From NCBI RefSeq assembly GCF_009914755.1, contig NC_060932.1: a stretch of DNA of 64,000 nt; one strand, written 5' to 3'. Below are positions 1-12,539 of the stretch, piece after piece; the first letter of the stretch is position 1, and each line of letters begins with the position of its first letter. The notes under the pieces were generated by a model. That model was not told where the DNA came from and did not search any database. It worked only from the letters and a program-made list of their open reading frames with translations. Origin of the DNA: the human T2T-CHM13v2.0 reference genome, Homo sapiens. A program made the translations under genes and the position numbers.

Positions 1-197
1 AGGATTGAATTTGCAAATAGTATATTTAAGTTATAAGAGCAAATCTTCTATTAATTAAGTTTACCTTGTTGAAGTCACTTAAGCCTCCAGACTTTCCACT
101 ACAAACATGAGTAAAATTGCCATGATCATTAAATTAGATCACTGGACATTGTAAAGCAGTTATTGAGGCAAACTGTTATTGAAATTAGGTGAAATAT

Positions 198-200
<3 letters not shown>

Positions 201-232
<32 letters not shown>
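201..232. repeat. (TG)16 microsatellite
   Basis: Perfect TG run read directly. Confidence 0.98.
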
Positions 233-236
<4 letters not shown>

Positions 237-2149
237 AAATAGTATGTGTTTCTATTCTATTATCTGGAATTAATAGTATTGTATTATCGGGAATTCATAA
301 AATGTGAGGAATTTGTAGAAGACTAATAATAAAAATTCATCATAAATTCAGAAGTCATGACTTTTCCACAAGAGCAAAAATAGCAAATCGCTATAAAATA
401 ATTCATTAATATTAAACAATTTATTTTAAAAAGTAACTTTCCAGTGGCCATTGGTATTCTTTTCATTATTTTGCCTTATAAAAGGAACCATTTTCATTCT
501 AATCTTCTTTTTGACACTAAAATAAACATTTTTTTACCTTCTCCAGAGCTCACAATCAATGGGACAATAATTACTGTATATTCATAGAAAAGTAGTCGAG
601 CAATATTAAAATGTCAACTATCCACTATAATAGTGAAAGAGAAAATGAAAATTTCTGATTAGGGTAGCAACTGAAAGAAAAAGACCTCAAAAAAGCATTT
701 GTTATTTACTTGGCTTTCTGTAATGCAAAAAAAAACCATGCAAAATAAATAATGTTGGCTTAATTTAACTGTTACCAGAAGAGTCCTAGGACTGTATTTC
801 TTCCATAGTCAGGAAAACAATGTAAAATTCTTATTTCAGTGCTCAAATGAGAAAGGAGAAAGGCTCATAGGATTTCAAAAATTCAAAAGAAGTTTAACAG
901 TCATTATTTGTGATGGATTCCTACCTGGGATTTAATGGTCTCCAAGATATCTCAACTCATCTTTGAAATACCTTAGTATAACAAATGACCAAAGAAAGGA
1001 GACTAACCCATGGTAAGCCAAGTAAAATATTGATTCTTTCCATTTAGCTAGACTGTAGTAACTAATAGTTACATTTCAGATCAAAAGGTCTAATTTAATA
1101 TTATGCAGTACTTTGTTATGTTTAAAAGAAAAGTAAGTCAATAATGTATTTTTTAAAATTCCTCTTGGAGGTACCATTTCTGAGAATACTGATAGGCCAG
1201 GTCAATATATGAAGTGGATTGAGCAAGCTCCTATTCCATCTCTGAGTTCCAAAAATTCATTTAATATTGCATCCTCAAATAGAGGACATACCAAGTATTA
1301 AACTGGAAAGAACAGATGTACGCTTGATCTCAGCCAAAGGGCTGAGAAACAATCATAAATCATCTCCTAATAAACGTATTATCTTTTCATATATAGTAAA
1401 TAAAGGATTTTTCAAAATATTGAGTTCATATTTTAGGCATCATAATAAATACTTCTAGGAAATCAATTGAAAACAAATGATTTAATCCAATTCTCTCTTT
1501 CTGCAAATAAAGTATGAAAAGCCTAACGTGCAAATAGCTAACCCAATGTTATTCATTTTCTTATGACCAAGTATGTAACTACAAATAGTGTAATGCTAAT
1601 CTGGTGCATATTCGTGTTCATTAAAGAGAAGCATTTCCCATATTGCTATACTTGACTTGAGAAAGATATAGTTCAAATCCTACTTCTTCCAAACCACAAA
1701 TAGTCATCCACCTTTAAGTGGATGACTTTTTTGCATTATATGGAAGAAGACTATATTCTTCAGAATAAAAACAAAGTATGTAAGTTGACAAAAATAAGGA
1801 CAAATCAATGATATTCATGAGGTTAATATTTGATATTCAGATGTATGTTTCAAAATGTTCAAATATTCTCTATAGAAAGAGCTACAGTATTTAATTATTA
1901 AGTCCAAATTTTATTCATACTTTTATTTTAAAATCATCATTGTCTTTACATCAGTGAATCACTCTGAAATATTTTAATTTGGCACTTCAAATTACTGTAA
2001 ATATCTTCCCTTTATTAGAAACATTGGTAGCTTTTTGAAGGTCATAATAAATATTTTCAAAAATAGTTTATAAATTGGAAAGAGTGTAACTTGAAAGAGA
2101 TATATATATATTTGAATTTGAATATAAATTATACCACTAATTAATAATA

Positions 2150-2240
2150 AACTCTTGTTCAAATTACTTGGCTTTATTTTTCTCATTTGTTAAGATGGGT
2201 ACACTAGCACCTGGTTACTAGGGGTACTGAGAAGATTTCT
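2150..2240 (+). mobile_element. MIR SINE fragment
   Basis: ttttctcatttgttaagatgggt...acctggttactagggg...gagaagatt resembles the MIR core. Confidence 0.45.
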
Positions 2241-3149
2241 TATAACTTTTTAATATTTTCTTCACCAACGGTAAGCACTGTGTGCATATAAAACCTTTCT
2301 CAGCTATTTGGCCTTGAAAAATATTTGTTGAGCAAATAAAATAAATAAATACATGAAAATAAATATACGAGAAAATAATAGCACATGTAAATTGACTGAC
2401 TGAGTACCTAAACTATAATGGGACCTCAATTAGTGGTAAACATAATTGTCATTGCAATTTATAATATAAAAATTAGATATTATTAACAACTAGGACCAGT
2501 CTTCAATATGGTTTATCTAGATTCTCAATAGAAAAATTGAACAGCTCCATAGAAAACATTTAATAGAGATTTTCCCCATCAAATACCTGATTAGACTACC
2601 AGCAGTTTTAAATGTAAGAAAACATTTTCCATGTTTCTATCATTTCTAAGGCATATATTTACTGGTGTGCTAGTTCAGGATCTTTAAAATGAAAAAGCAC
2701 TGATTTGTAGTTTTTGTCTTATTCTGTGATATAAATAGCCTTTATTACATCCTAGTTTCTCAGCTTCTCAATACCACATGTGGAACAAATTTTATATTTT
2801 TTTTTAATAAATGAAAAACATCAGGAAGATGTGCTTAGGTCTATTTAGCAGCATGAAATTAGTTTCAAAACAAATTCTAAATTCTTTTTATTTGCTAAGT
2901 GAATACAGGCAACATGCTCACCCTCTCTGCTTTCTTAGTATCCTAAGATATAAAATCAGGTAGCTATATTGACCTACACACACATACACAAATGCTAATT
3001 TGTGACAATGGAACAGACACATTATTTCAACTGGTTGGAGGTAATATTATACATTACTAATCCATAATATTATGATTTTTTAGAATAATACTTGTCGAGC
3101 CCCTGGTATGCACTAGTTACTAAGGTTCAAAGATGAAGATCATCAAATC

Positions 3150-3400
3150 TTATCACATAAGCCATTACTTTCTGATTTCTATTGATGTTCCAAGCTCTTT
3201 TTCTCTGCTTTTACATGGTATAATTTTTAGCCCTTTTATAATTCTGCATTCTCTACTTTAAACATGGTCTAGTTATTTTCTGTAGGTCTTAATATATACT
3301 GTCTCAAAATAAATGTAATGCTCTAGATAAAATTTCACTAGAGTAGCCTAAACAGGACCAGATAACTGCCTGCTTTGTTCTTGGTGAATGATGTTCAAAA
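3150..3400 (-). mobile_element. CR1/L3 LINE fragment (3' part)
   Basis: Degenerate match to reverse-complement L3 (ctcaaaataaatgtaatgctctagat...aacaggaccagataactgcctgctttgttct); boundaries approximate. Confidence 0.5.
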
Positions 3401-3966
3401 TTCTAGTTCTGAAGTGATGTCCGCAAGATAGAAGACTAGCAAGCTACAGGACCTCCTTCTGCCACAGGGACGCAGAGTTAGCAATAATATACAGACCAAA
3501 ATATCTTTGTGAGAACTCTGGAGAACAGTTGAGAATCACCCAGGTCATAGTAAAATAAAGAAGCAATTCAAGTGAAAGGGCAATATATATATATATATAT
3601 ATATATAGTAGCCTTTGGCGCATGTATTTATGCCCTCCCTTTATGAAGATAGAGTGGAGCAATTGCAAGAAAACCCTCATATTTAGGCTTCTCTCTTGGA
3701 ATGGAAACAAAAGAGTGGCCCAGTTCCAACATTCCAGACCATCTGGGAACTGCCAAAACAACTGATTTCTATCTTATCTAACTTGGAGTGTTCATGGGTC
3801 CAGTATCAGATTTTGAAAGCCACTAAAAACATAGGTAAGAACAAAGAACATTAGACCTATGGCTCCAAAGGCATAGGCTAGGGGAAGCAAGAGAATAAAA
3901 AGGGTTTGAGAAGTCCTAGAAAAACTCTTGCTCTGCTGATTGGTAAAACTCTTCCTCTTTAGGAAA

Positions 3967-4359
3967 TATAATGGTTAACACTGAGTGTTAATTTGATTGG
4001 ATTGAAAGATACAAAGTATTGATCCTGGATGTGTCAGTGAGGATGTTGCCAAAGGAGATTAACATTTGAGTTAGTGGGCTGCGAAAGGCAGACCCATCCT
4101 TAATCTGGGTGGGCACAATCTAATTAGCTGCTAGAGTGACTAGAATATAAGCATGCAAAAAACTGTGAAAACAGAGATTGGCCTAGCCTCCCAGCCTACA
4201 TCTTTCTCTCGTGCTGGATGCCTCTTGCCCTCGAACATTGGACTCCAAATTCTTCAGTTTTGGAACTCGGACTGGCTCTATCTGTTCCTCAGCCTGTAGG
4301 TGGCCTATTGTAGGACCTTGTGATCATGTGAGTTAATACTTAATAAATTCCTACATGTA

Positions 4360-4393
<34 letters not shown>

Positions 4394-4475
4394 ATATATA
4401 TATATTTTTTTTTTTGTATATATATATATATATATTCCATTAGTTCTGTCTCTCTAGAGAACCCTGAGTAATACA
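3967..4475 (+). mobile_element. MLT2A1 solo LTR (HERVL)
   Basis: Start tataatggttaacactgagtg, body gcctcccagcctacatctttctc, end gagaaccctgagtaataca; internal (TG)n/(TA)n; degenerate 5-bp TSD ggaaa/ggcag. Confidence 0.92.
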
Positions 4476-6840
4476 GGCAGCTGATATACAAACAATGGAA
4501 GATGTTTGTTTTTCCGAATTCCAAAATCCTAGCAAAAGACTGCAAGGCATAAAAGACATAGAAAAATGTGACCCAACCAGAGGAAAAAAATAAAATGCCA
4601 TAAATGAACCATGTAGAAAGATAGATCTATGAGCTTCTTGACAAATAATTTAAAATAATTGTTCAAAAAGATGTTCAATGAGCTAAAAGAGAACATAGGC
4701 AACTGTATAAAATCAGAAAAATGACACATGAACAAAATGAGAATATCAACAAAGAGACAGAAATTGTAACATAGAACCAAACAGAAACTCTGGAGCTGAA
4801 AAAAATACAGTAAGTGAACTAAAAAAGTCATAGAGAGGGTTAACAGCAGGCTTCTTCAGGCAGAAGAAAAAATTAGCAAAACTGGAAACCGTTCATTTGA
4901 AATCATTATGTCAGGGGAACAAAAGAAAAAAAAATGAAGAAAAGAGAAGAGACTTAAGAGACATTATCACATGGAGTAACATATGCATTGTGAGAATCCC
5001 AGAAGGAGAAGAGAAAGAGGAAAGAAGAGGTTATATGAAGAAATAATGACCCCAAACTTCCCAAATCTCAGAAAAGAAATGGACATACAGTTCAAGAAGC
5101 TCAGAAAATATTAACTAGGATAAATTCAAAGAGAATCACACTGAGACACACTATAGAATAAAACTGTCTGAAGTCAAGTACAGAGAATCTTGAAAGCAAC
5201 AGGAGGAAAGTAGTCCATCACATAGGAAGCATTCATTATATTATCAGTGTTTTCTTGCAGCAGAAATTTTGAATGCTAGAATGAAACAGAATGACATATT
5301 CAAAGTGCTAAAAGAAAAAATATACTATCAACCAAGAATATTGTGTCTGGCAAAACCATTCTTTAAAAATGGAGAAATTAAGACTCCCAAGTAAACAAAA
5401 GCAAAGGCAGTTTGTTATCCCTAGACCTGTTCTGCAGGAATACTAAAGGGATTTTTTTCAAAATAAAATGAAAGTACAGTAGACAGCAACACAAAGCCCT
5501 ACAAAAATATAAGACTCTTTGATAAAGGTAAATACATAGACACTTATCATGACATGTATTATTACAATTTTGAAACATAGAAATCAAAATAATCAAAAAT
5601 ATTTTTAAAATTATAAATCTATGTTAATGGGCATATAATACATAAAGATGCAATTTGTAAAATTCATAACAAAGTGGGGGATGGGCTATAAGGGAGTAGA
5701 GTTTTTATATGCAATTGAAGCTAAGTTGTTATCAGTTTAAAATAGGATAAAATAACTTTAAGATATTTTATATAATTGCCATGATAGCCACAAATAATAT
5801 ATTTATAAAATATACTCAAAAGGAAATGAGAAAGGAATAAAAGCATGTCACCACAAAATATCATTGAAAAGTAAAGAACGGCAGCAGGAGAGGAAAGAAG
5901 AGACAGAAAAACTATAAGACATACATAAAACAATTAACAAACAGGCAATAGTAAGTCCTTCCCCATTTATAATGACTTTAAATGTAACTAGATTAAATTT
6001 CTTGATCAAAAGACTGAGATTTGCCAAAAGGATTAAAAAACAGGATCCAACTATATATTGTCTGCAAGGCATTCTAAGGACAATGGAGGATGAAAATAAA
6101 AGTATAAAAAAAGATATCCCATGCAGATGACAATTAAAAGAGAGTGGGGGATGCTATATTAATATTAAAAAATAGACTTTAAGTAAAAACTGTCACAAGA
6201 GACAATTAAGCATATTATATAATGTTAAAGGGGTCAATTCACTAAAAAGATATAGCACTTGTAAACATTTATGCAGAAAACCTTAGAACTCCTAAATACA
6301 TAAAGCATACTTTGATAGAATTCAATAGAGAAATAGACAGCAGCACAATAATGGTAGGAGACTTCAAAATCTTACATTAAATAATCAAATAAAAAACTAG
6401 ACAAAAGATCAATAATGAAATAGAGGACTTGAACAATACTATAGGCAATTGAACCTAACAGACATATAAAGAACACTCCCCAACAACAGAATATACTTTC
6501 TTCTCAAATGCACATGAAGCATTCTATAGGATAAACCACATGGTAGGACACAAAACAACTCTTACCAATTCAAGAAGATTGAAATTAAGCAAAGTATCTT
6601 ATCTGATCACAGTGATATGAAACTAAACATCAAAGCACAAGAAAACAGGAACACAAGGAAAACAGCAAGAAGAAAACAGAAAAATTCACAAGTATGTAAA
6701 AATTAATCAACACCCTCTTAAACACCAATGAGTCAAAGAAATTACAGCAGAAATTAGAAAATACCTTGAGAAAATTGGAAATTAAAATCAAAGCACAACA
6801 TACTAAAACTTATGGGATATAGGAAGCTTATAGCTGTAAT

Positions 6841-7417
6841 TGTTGTGGGAAACTGAGGACTGGAGAGACCGATATGGAGAACAGGAGGATTGTTTATTTT
6901 AGGTACGCACCAGCTCAGTGGATTCACATCCAAAAACCTGAGCATTGAGCAAAGACTAAGCAGGGTTTTTATAAGAAAACTTACAGAAGCAAAAAAGCAG
7001 TTAATCATACAGTGACAGGTCAAATAATCTATAGCATAACTGTTGACTTAGCATAACTTGTGGCCTTGCGTATCTAGTGACCTTGTAGCTGCATCAAAAG
7101 AAAAACAAGAGCTGCCTAAATACAGACATTTGTAAAACATAGTTATGTTTAAGAAGCCAGGGAAAGGAGTAACAGTAAAAGAATTTGTCTCTCTCTTCTT
7201 TTTTCCCTTCAACCTTGCTCTGGAAGGGGGCAGTGTCTGGAGCTCATTCCTTTGGCCTTGGCTTCCCGGACAGTAGCAGACAGAGTTATCTTGTAACTGT
7301 CCTTGAAGTGAGCTTGCTAGGCAGAGGAAAACTTGTTCTTTTCTTTTGAACCCTTGACTTGCCTGTTACTTTTCTTGAAGTGAATGAATGCTTATTTATT
7401 TTTAAATTTCTGCCTCA
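6841..7417 (-). mobile_element. Solo ERV LTR, LTR18-like
   Basis: TG...CA termini, minus-strand AATAAA about 55 nt from the 3' end, TAAT duplicated on both sides, cleanly interrupts L1 ORF2; family name tentative. Confidence 0.75.
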
Positions 7418-8157
7418 TAATTACATACATGAAAAATAAGAAAAACCTCAAATCAAAGAACTAGATTTAGGAATCAAGAAACTAGGAAAAGAACAACAAA
7501 CTAAACCTAAAATCTAGCAGAAGGAAAAAAAACAGATTACAGCAAAGATAAACCGAATAGACAATAAAAATAATTAAAAACTAATAATTTTTTTAAAGAT
7601 GGACAAAACTGAAAAATTCTTAGATTAAGAAAAAAGAGGGAAGACTCAAATACTCAAAATCAGAAATAAAAGAATGTGTATTACTACAGATATTGCAGAA
7701 ATTAAAAAGAATTATAACAGAATGCAGTGAAAAATTATATGCCAACAAACTGGATAACCTAGAAGAAATGGACAAATTCCTAGAAACACACACCTATCAA
7801 AACTAAATTATGAAGAAATAGGAAGTTTGAATAGACCAGTAATACATAAGGAGATTGGAACAGTAATCAGAAACCTCCAAATAAAAAAAAAATCAGAATG
7901 AGATATTTTTAACTGAAGAATTCTACTGAACTATTAAAGAATTAACACCAATCCTCTGAAAACTCTTCCAATAAATTGAAGAATAAAGAATACTTGCAAG
8001 CTCATTCTATGAGATCAGCATTACCTTAATACCAAAGTCATACAAAGACAATAAAAAAAAAGACAACTAAAGACCAATTGGATAAATGTTGATTCAAAAA
8101 TTATCAACAAGACACTAGCAAATCAAATTCAACAGCATGTTAAAAAGATTATAAACT

Positions 8158-8452
8158 ATCCAGGCACGGTGGGTCATGCCTGTAATCCCAGCACTTTGGG
8201 AGGCCAAGGCAGGTGGATCATGAGGTCAGGAGATTGAGACCATCCTGGCCAACGTGGTGAAACCCTGTCTCTACTAAAACACAAAAAATTAGCCTGGTGT
8301 TGTGATGTGTGCCTGTAGTCTCAGCTACTCAGGAGGCTGAGGCAGGGGAATCGCTCGAACCCAGGAGGCAGAGGTTGCGGTGAGCCAAGATCATGACACT
8401 GAACTACAGCTTGGCAACAGAGCAAGACTCTGTCTCAAAAAAAAAAAAAAAA
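8158..8452 (+). mobile_element. AluSc
   Basis: Full dimer, ggatcatgaggtcaggagattgagaccatcctggcc, A16 tail, TSD aaaagattataaact/aaaagattctacacc. Confidence 0.95.
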
Positions 8453-9416
8453 GATTCTACACCACAACCAAAGGGGATTTATACCTTGAATTCAAGGATG
8501 TTGTCCAATATACAAAAAAATAGATCAAGGTAATATACTACATTAATAAAATGAAGGTGAAAACCTACATGATCATTTCAATTAATGCAGAAAGAGCATT
8601 TAACAGAATTTAAAACCCTTTCATTATAAAAACCCTGATTACACTAGAAATAGAAGAAAATTACTTTAACAAAATGAAGGGCATTTATAAAAAGCACACA
8701 GCTACCATCATACTCAATGGTGAAAGACTGAGAGGTTTTTCTCTAAGATGAGAAATGAGGCAAAGATGCCTACTCTCAGCACTTCTATTCAATAGTATTG
8801 GAAGTCGTAGCCAGAGCAGTTAGAAAGGAAAAAGATATAGTCATTCAAATTGCAAAGGAAGAAGTAAAATTATCTCTGTTTACCGATGGTATGATCTTAT
8901 ATATAGAAAATTGTAAAGGTTACACACATACACTCATACATGCAAAGTTGCTAGAACTAATACATGAATTTAGCAATATTGCAGAAAACAAATCAGCAGT
9001 CAAAAATTGGTTGTATTTCCATATCAAACAATAAATACAGAAATAAAATTTTAAAAATAATTCTATTCATAACAGCATTAAAAATAATAAAACACTTAGG
9101 AATTAAGTGAAAGATTTATACAATGAAAACTACAAAACTTGCTATAAAAACTTTAAGAAGACACAAACAAATGGAAACTCCCATTTTCATGGAGTGGAAG
9201 ACTTAATTTTGTTTAGACGGCAATAGTACCCAAAGTAATCTACAGATTCAATACAATTTCTATTATTTTCTCAATGGCATTTTCCTTTCAGGAATAGAAA
9301 AAATATTATCCTAAAATTTATATCTAATCTCAAGAGACACTGAATAGCCTAAAACATTTTTGAAAAATAGTAAAGAAGGCTCACATTTCCTGAGTTCAGA
9401 CATATTACAAAGATAC

Positions 9417-9897
9417 TATAATAGTTCATTCTATATGTCAATTTGACTGGGTCATTGTGTGCTCAGGTTATTTGGTCAAACATTATTCATCTTATGTCTG
9501 TGAGGGTGTTTCTGGATAAGATTAACATTTGAATCAGCACACTAATGAAAGCAGATTGCCCTCCCTAATGTGGATGGGCCTCTTCCAATCAATTGCAGAC
9601 TTTAATAGAACAAAAATGCTAAGAGGAAATTCTTGCTTGACTTTGGAGCTGAGACATTGGTCTTTTGTGATCTTGGAATTCAGACTGAAATATTGGCTCT
9701 TCTCGAGTCTCCAACCTGCCAGTTTTAAGAATGGAGCTTATACCATTGGTCTTCCTGATTCTCAGACTTTTAGCCACAGGCTGGAACTATGCAAGACTTC
9801 CCAGCCTTCATAATCACTTTAGCCAATTTCTTATAATAATTATATACACTTATATTGCTTATTGGTTCTGTTTCTCTGGAGAACTCTGGCTAATACG
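9417..9897 (+). mobile_element. MLT2B-type solo LTR (MLT2B3/B4)
   Basis: gagggtgtttctggataagattaacatttgaatc...gcagattgccctccctaatgtgg; end ggagaactctggctaatacg. Confidence 0.85.
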
Positions 9898-10653
9898 GAT
9901 TTAGTAAACAAAATAGTGTTGTATTTATGTTAAGACAGACATATAAACTGACGGAATAGAATAGAGAGCCCCAAAATAAACCCAAGCATGTATAATCAAA
10001 TGATCATCAACAAGAGTGCCACAACCACTACATGGGAAAAAAACTGTCTCTTCAAAAATTGTGTTGTGAAAACTGAATACCCATATGCAAAAATATAAAG
10101 TTGGAACCTTATATCATACGTATATGGAAATTAATTCAAACTTTATTAGAGATCTGAAACTATAAAACTTCTAGAAGAAAACATAGGGGAAAAACTTGGT
10201 GACACTCAGCATGGCAATGATTTCTTAAATATGACACCCAAAAAGCATAGGGAATGAAAGCCAAATTAGATGAGATTATATCAAACTTTAAAACAGTCAA
10301 ATGATACAGTTAATGAAAGGAAAACGCAACCTATGGATGATAGAGAGATCTGCAAATCATATATCTGATAAAGAACTCCTACAAGTTAACAAAATTAAAA
10401 TAAACCAATTTAAAAATGAGCAAATGGCTTGAACAGACAATTCTCCAAAGATTATATACAAATTGTCATCAAGCATTTGAAATAATGGTCAACATCACTA
10501 ATCATCAGAGAAATGCAAAGCAAAACCACAGTAAAATATTGACACCCTTTAGAATACCTACTATCAAAAACACAGAAAATAACAAGTGTTGACAAGGATA
10601 TGAAGAACTTAGAATCCTTGTGCCCTGCTTGTGGGATTGTAAAATGGCACAAC

Positions 10654-11293
10654 TGTCGAAGGCGTTGGAACCCGAGTGACTTTATCTTGAATAGAGGCTG
10701 GGTAAAATAAGGCTTAGACATACTGAGCTGTGTTCCCAGGAGGTCAGGCATTCTTAGTCAGAGGATGAGATAGATAGGAGACCTTGCTGATCATAGGACA
10801 TTAAATATCATAAAACAGGTTGCAGCAAAGAAACTGGCCAAAACCCATCAAAACCAACATGGTGACAAAAGTGACCTCTGGTTGTCCTCACTGCTCATTA
10901 CATGCTAATTATAATGCATTAGCATGTTAATAATAGACACTCCCACCAGCACTAAGACAGCTTACAAATGTCAAGGCAATATCAGGAAGTTACCCTATAT
11001 GGTCTAAACAGGGGACAAACTCTCAACTCCAGGAATTGCCCACCCGTTTCCCAGAAAACTCATGAATAATCCACCCCTTGTTCAACATATAATCAAGAAA
11101 TAACTGTAAGTATACTCAGGAGAGCAGCCAATGCCACTGCTCCCACTATGGAGTAGCCAATCATTCTTTCTTTGCTTTATTTCTCTAATAAACTTGCTTT
11201 CACTTTACTCTATGGACTTGCCCCAAATTATTTCATGTGTGAGGTCTGAGAACCCTTTCTTGGGTTCTGGATCGGGATCCCTGTCTGGTAACA
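10654..11293 (+). mobile_element. MER41B solo LTR (ERV1)
   Basis: tgtcgaaggcgttggaacc...atgctaattataatgcattagcatg...ctgtctggtaaca; perfect 4-bp TSD caac. Confidence 0.92.
11048..11056 (+). promoter_or_regulatory. STAT GAS motif TTCCCAGAA within MER41B
   Basis: Matches TTCNNNGAA; the tandem upstream site is degenerate (CTCCAGGAA, 11027-11035). Function untested. Confidence 0.5.
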
Positions 11294-11900
11294 CAACTGT
11301 TATGACAAACAGTATGGAGCTTCTTCAAAAAATTAAAAAGGAAAGTACCATATTATCCAACAATTTCACTTCTGGGCTATAACCAGGAGAATTGATAGCA
11401 GGATCTCAAAGAGATATTTGCACTCCCATGCTCATAGTAACACTATTCACAATAGCAAAGAGGTAGAAGTGACCCAAATGCCCATCAATAGAGGAATGTA
11501 CAAACAAAATGTCATATACACATACAATGGAATATTACTAAATTTTAAAACATAGGAAATCCTGTCATATGCTACAACATGGACGAAACTTGGGGACATT
11601 TTGATAAATGAAATAGGCCAGTTGCAAGAAGACAAATACTGTATGATACTACATGTGAGATATATTTAATATAGCCTAGTTCATAGAAACAGAAAGTAGA
11701 ATAGTTGTTACCAGAGGCTGGAAAGAGGAAAAAGGGAAGTTGTTGTTCAATGGATATAGAGTTTCAAATTTGCAAGATGAAAAAGTTCTAGAGGTCTGTT
11801 TTACAACAATGTGAATATACTTAACACCATTTAATTGTATGTACAAAATGGTTCAGATGGCAAATTTTATGTGTTTTTTTTAACCACGATAAATACAAAG

Positions 11901-11975
11901 GATAGATAGATAGATAGATAAATGGATAGAGAGAGAGAGCGATATAGATGATAGATAGGTAGGTAGATAGATAGA
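11901..11975. repeat. Imperfect (GATA)n/(GA)n microsatellite at the L1 tail
   Basis: Read directly. Confidence 0.9.
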
Positions 11976-12539
11976 ATATATGTATATTTCTAGCCCACCA
12001 AAGCCTGAAATTCCATATTTCAAAACAAACTCAGTTGTGGTAAAGTTTTTTCTAAGCATATTATGAATTTGGGCTTTGGGATTTTTGCAATTATATTTTG
12101 GCTCTGTACAAAGTTACAGAGATGTACAAAGATCTTCTAATTCCATCTGGATGTTTTTGGTTACAGTGCTGCCCTGGTTCTTATTTCCAACTGTCTCAAG
12201 AGTGTTTCAAGCTAAAGTGTTGTCGCCTATGATTCTAATTCTCTGCTTAATCTCTGGACTTGAACTGTAGTGACCACTTTGCATCTTTTTCATTGATGTA
12301 CCAGCTGTGACATCTGAAGGTTTCCAGATTTAAAGTTCTTTCCTAGACCATAAAGCTATCCTTTGTTTCTCTCAGCTGCAGCTGTCTACCTCATAAGTAG
12401 TTGTCTTTCAAATTTATAAATGTCACATGTTCCTGGTCTACTGCTAATTCACTTCCATAGTTGTAAATATATAAAATCTTTACTGCTTGGACTAGTGATA
12501 TGCAATTTAAAACACCTAACATTGCAACACCTGACATTT

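Larger units (their letters stand above)
3411..11893 (+). mobile_element. Near full-length ancient L1 (L1MB3-like 3' end), interrupted by MLT2A1, LTR18-like, AluSc, MLT2B and MER41B
   Basis: L1M-type 5' end (gaagtgatgtccgcaagatagaagactag); A-rich ORF1/ORF2 remnants (8798-9034 [19 protein letters not shown], degenerate RT FADD motif); L1MB-type 3' end (tgcaagatgaaaaagttctagagg...ttttaaccacgataaa). Confidence 0.88.

Noticed and set aside
840-1012. Possible exon bounded by tttcag| and G|GTAAGC
   Set aside because: Weak pyrimidine tract, an in-frame stop in the frame checked, no partner exons; may be a decayed CR1-type 3' end.
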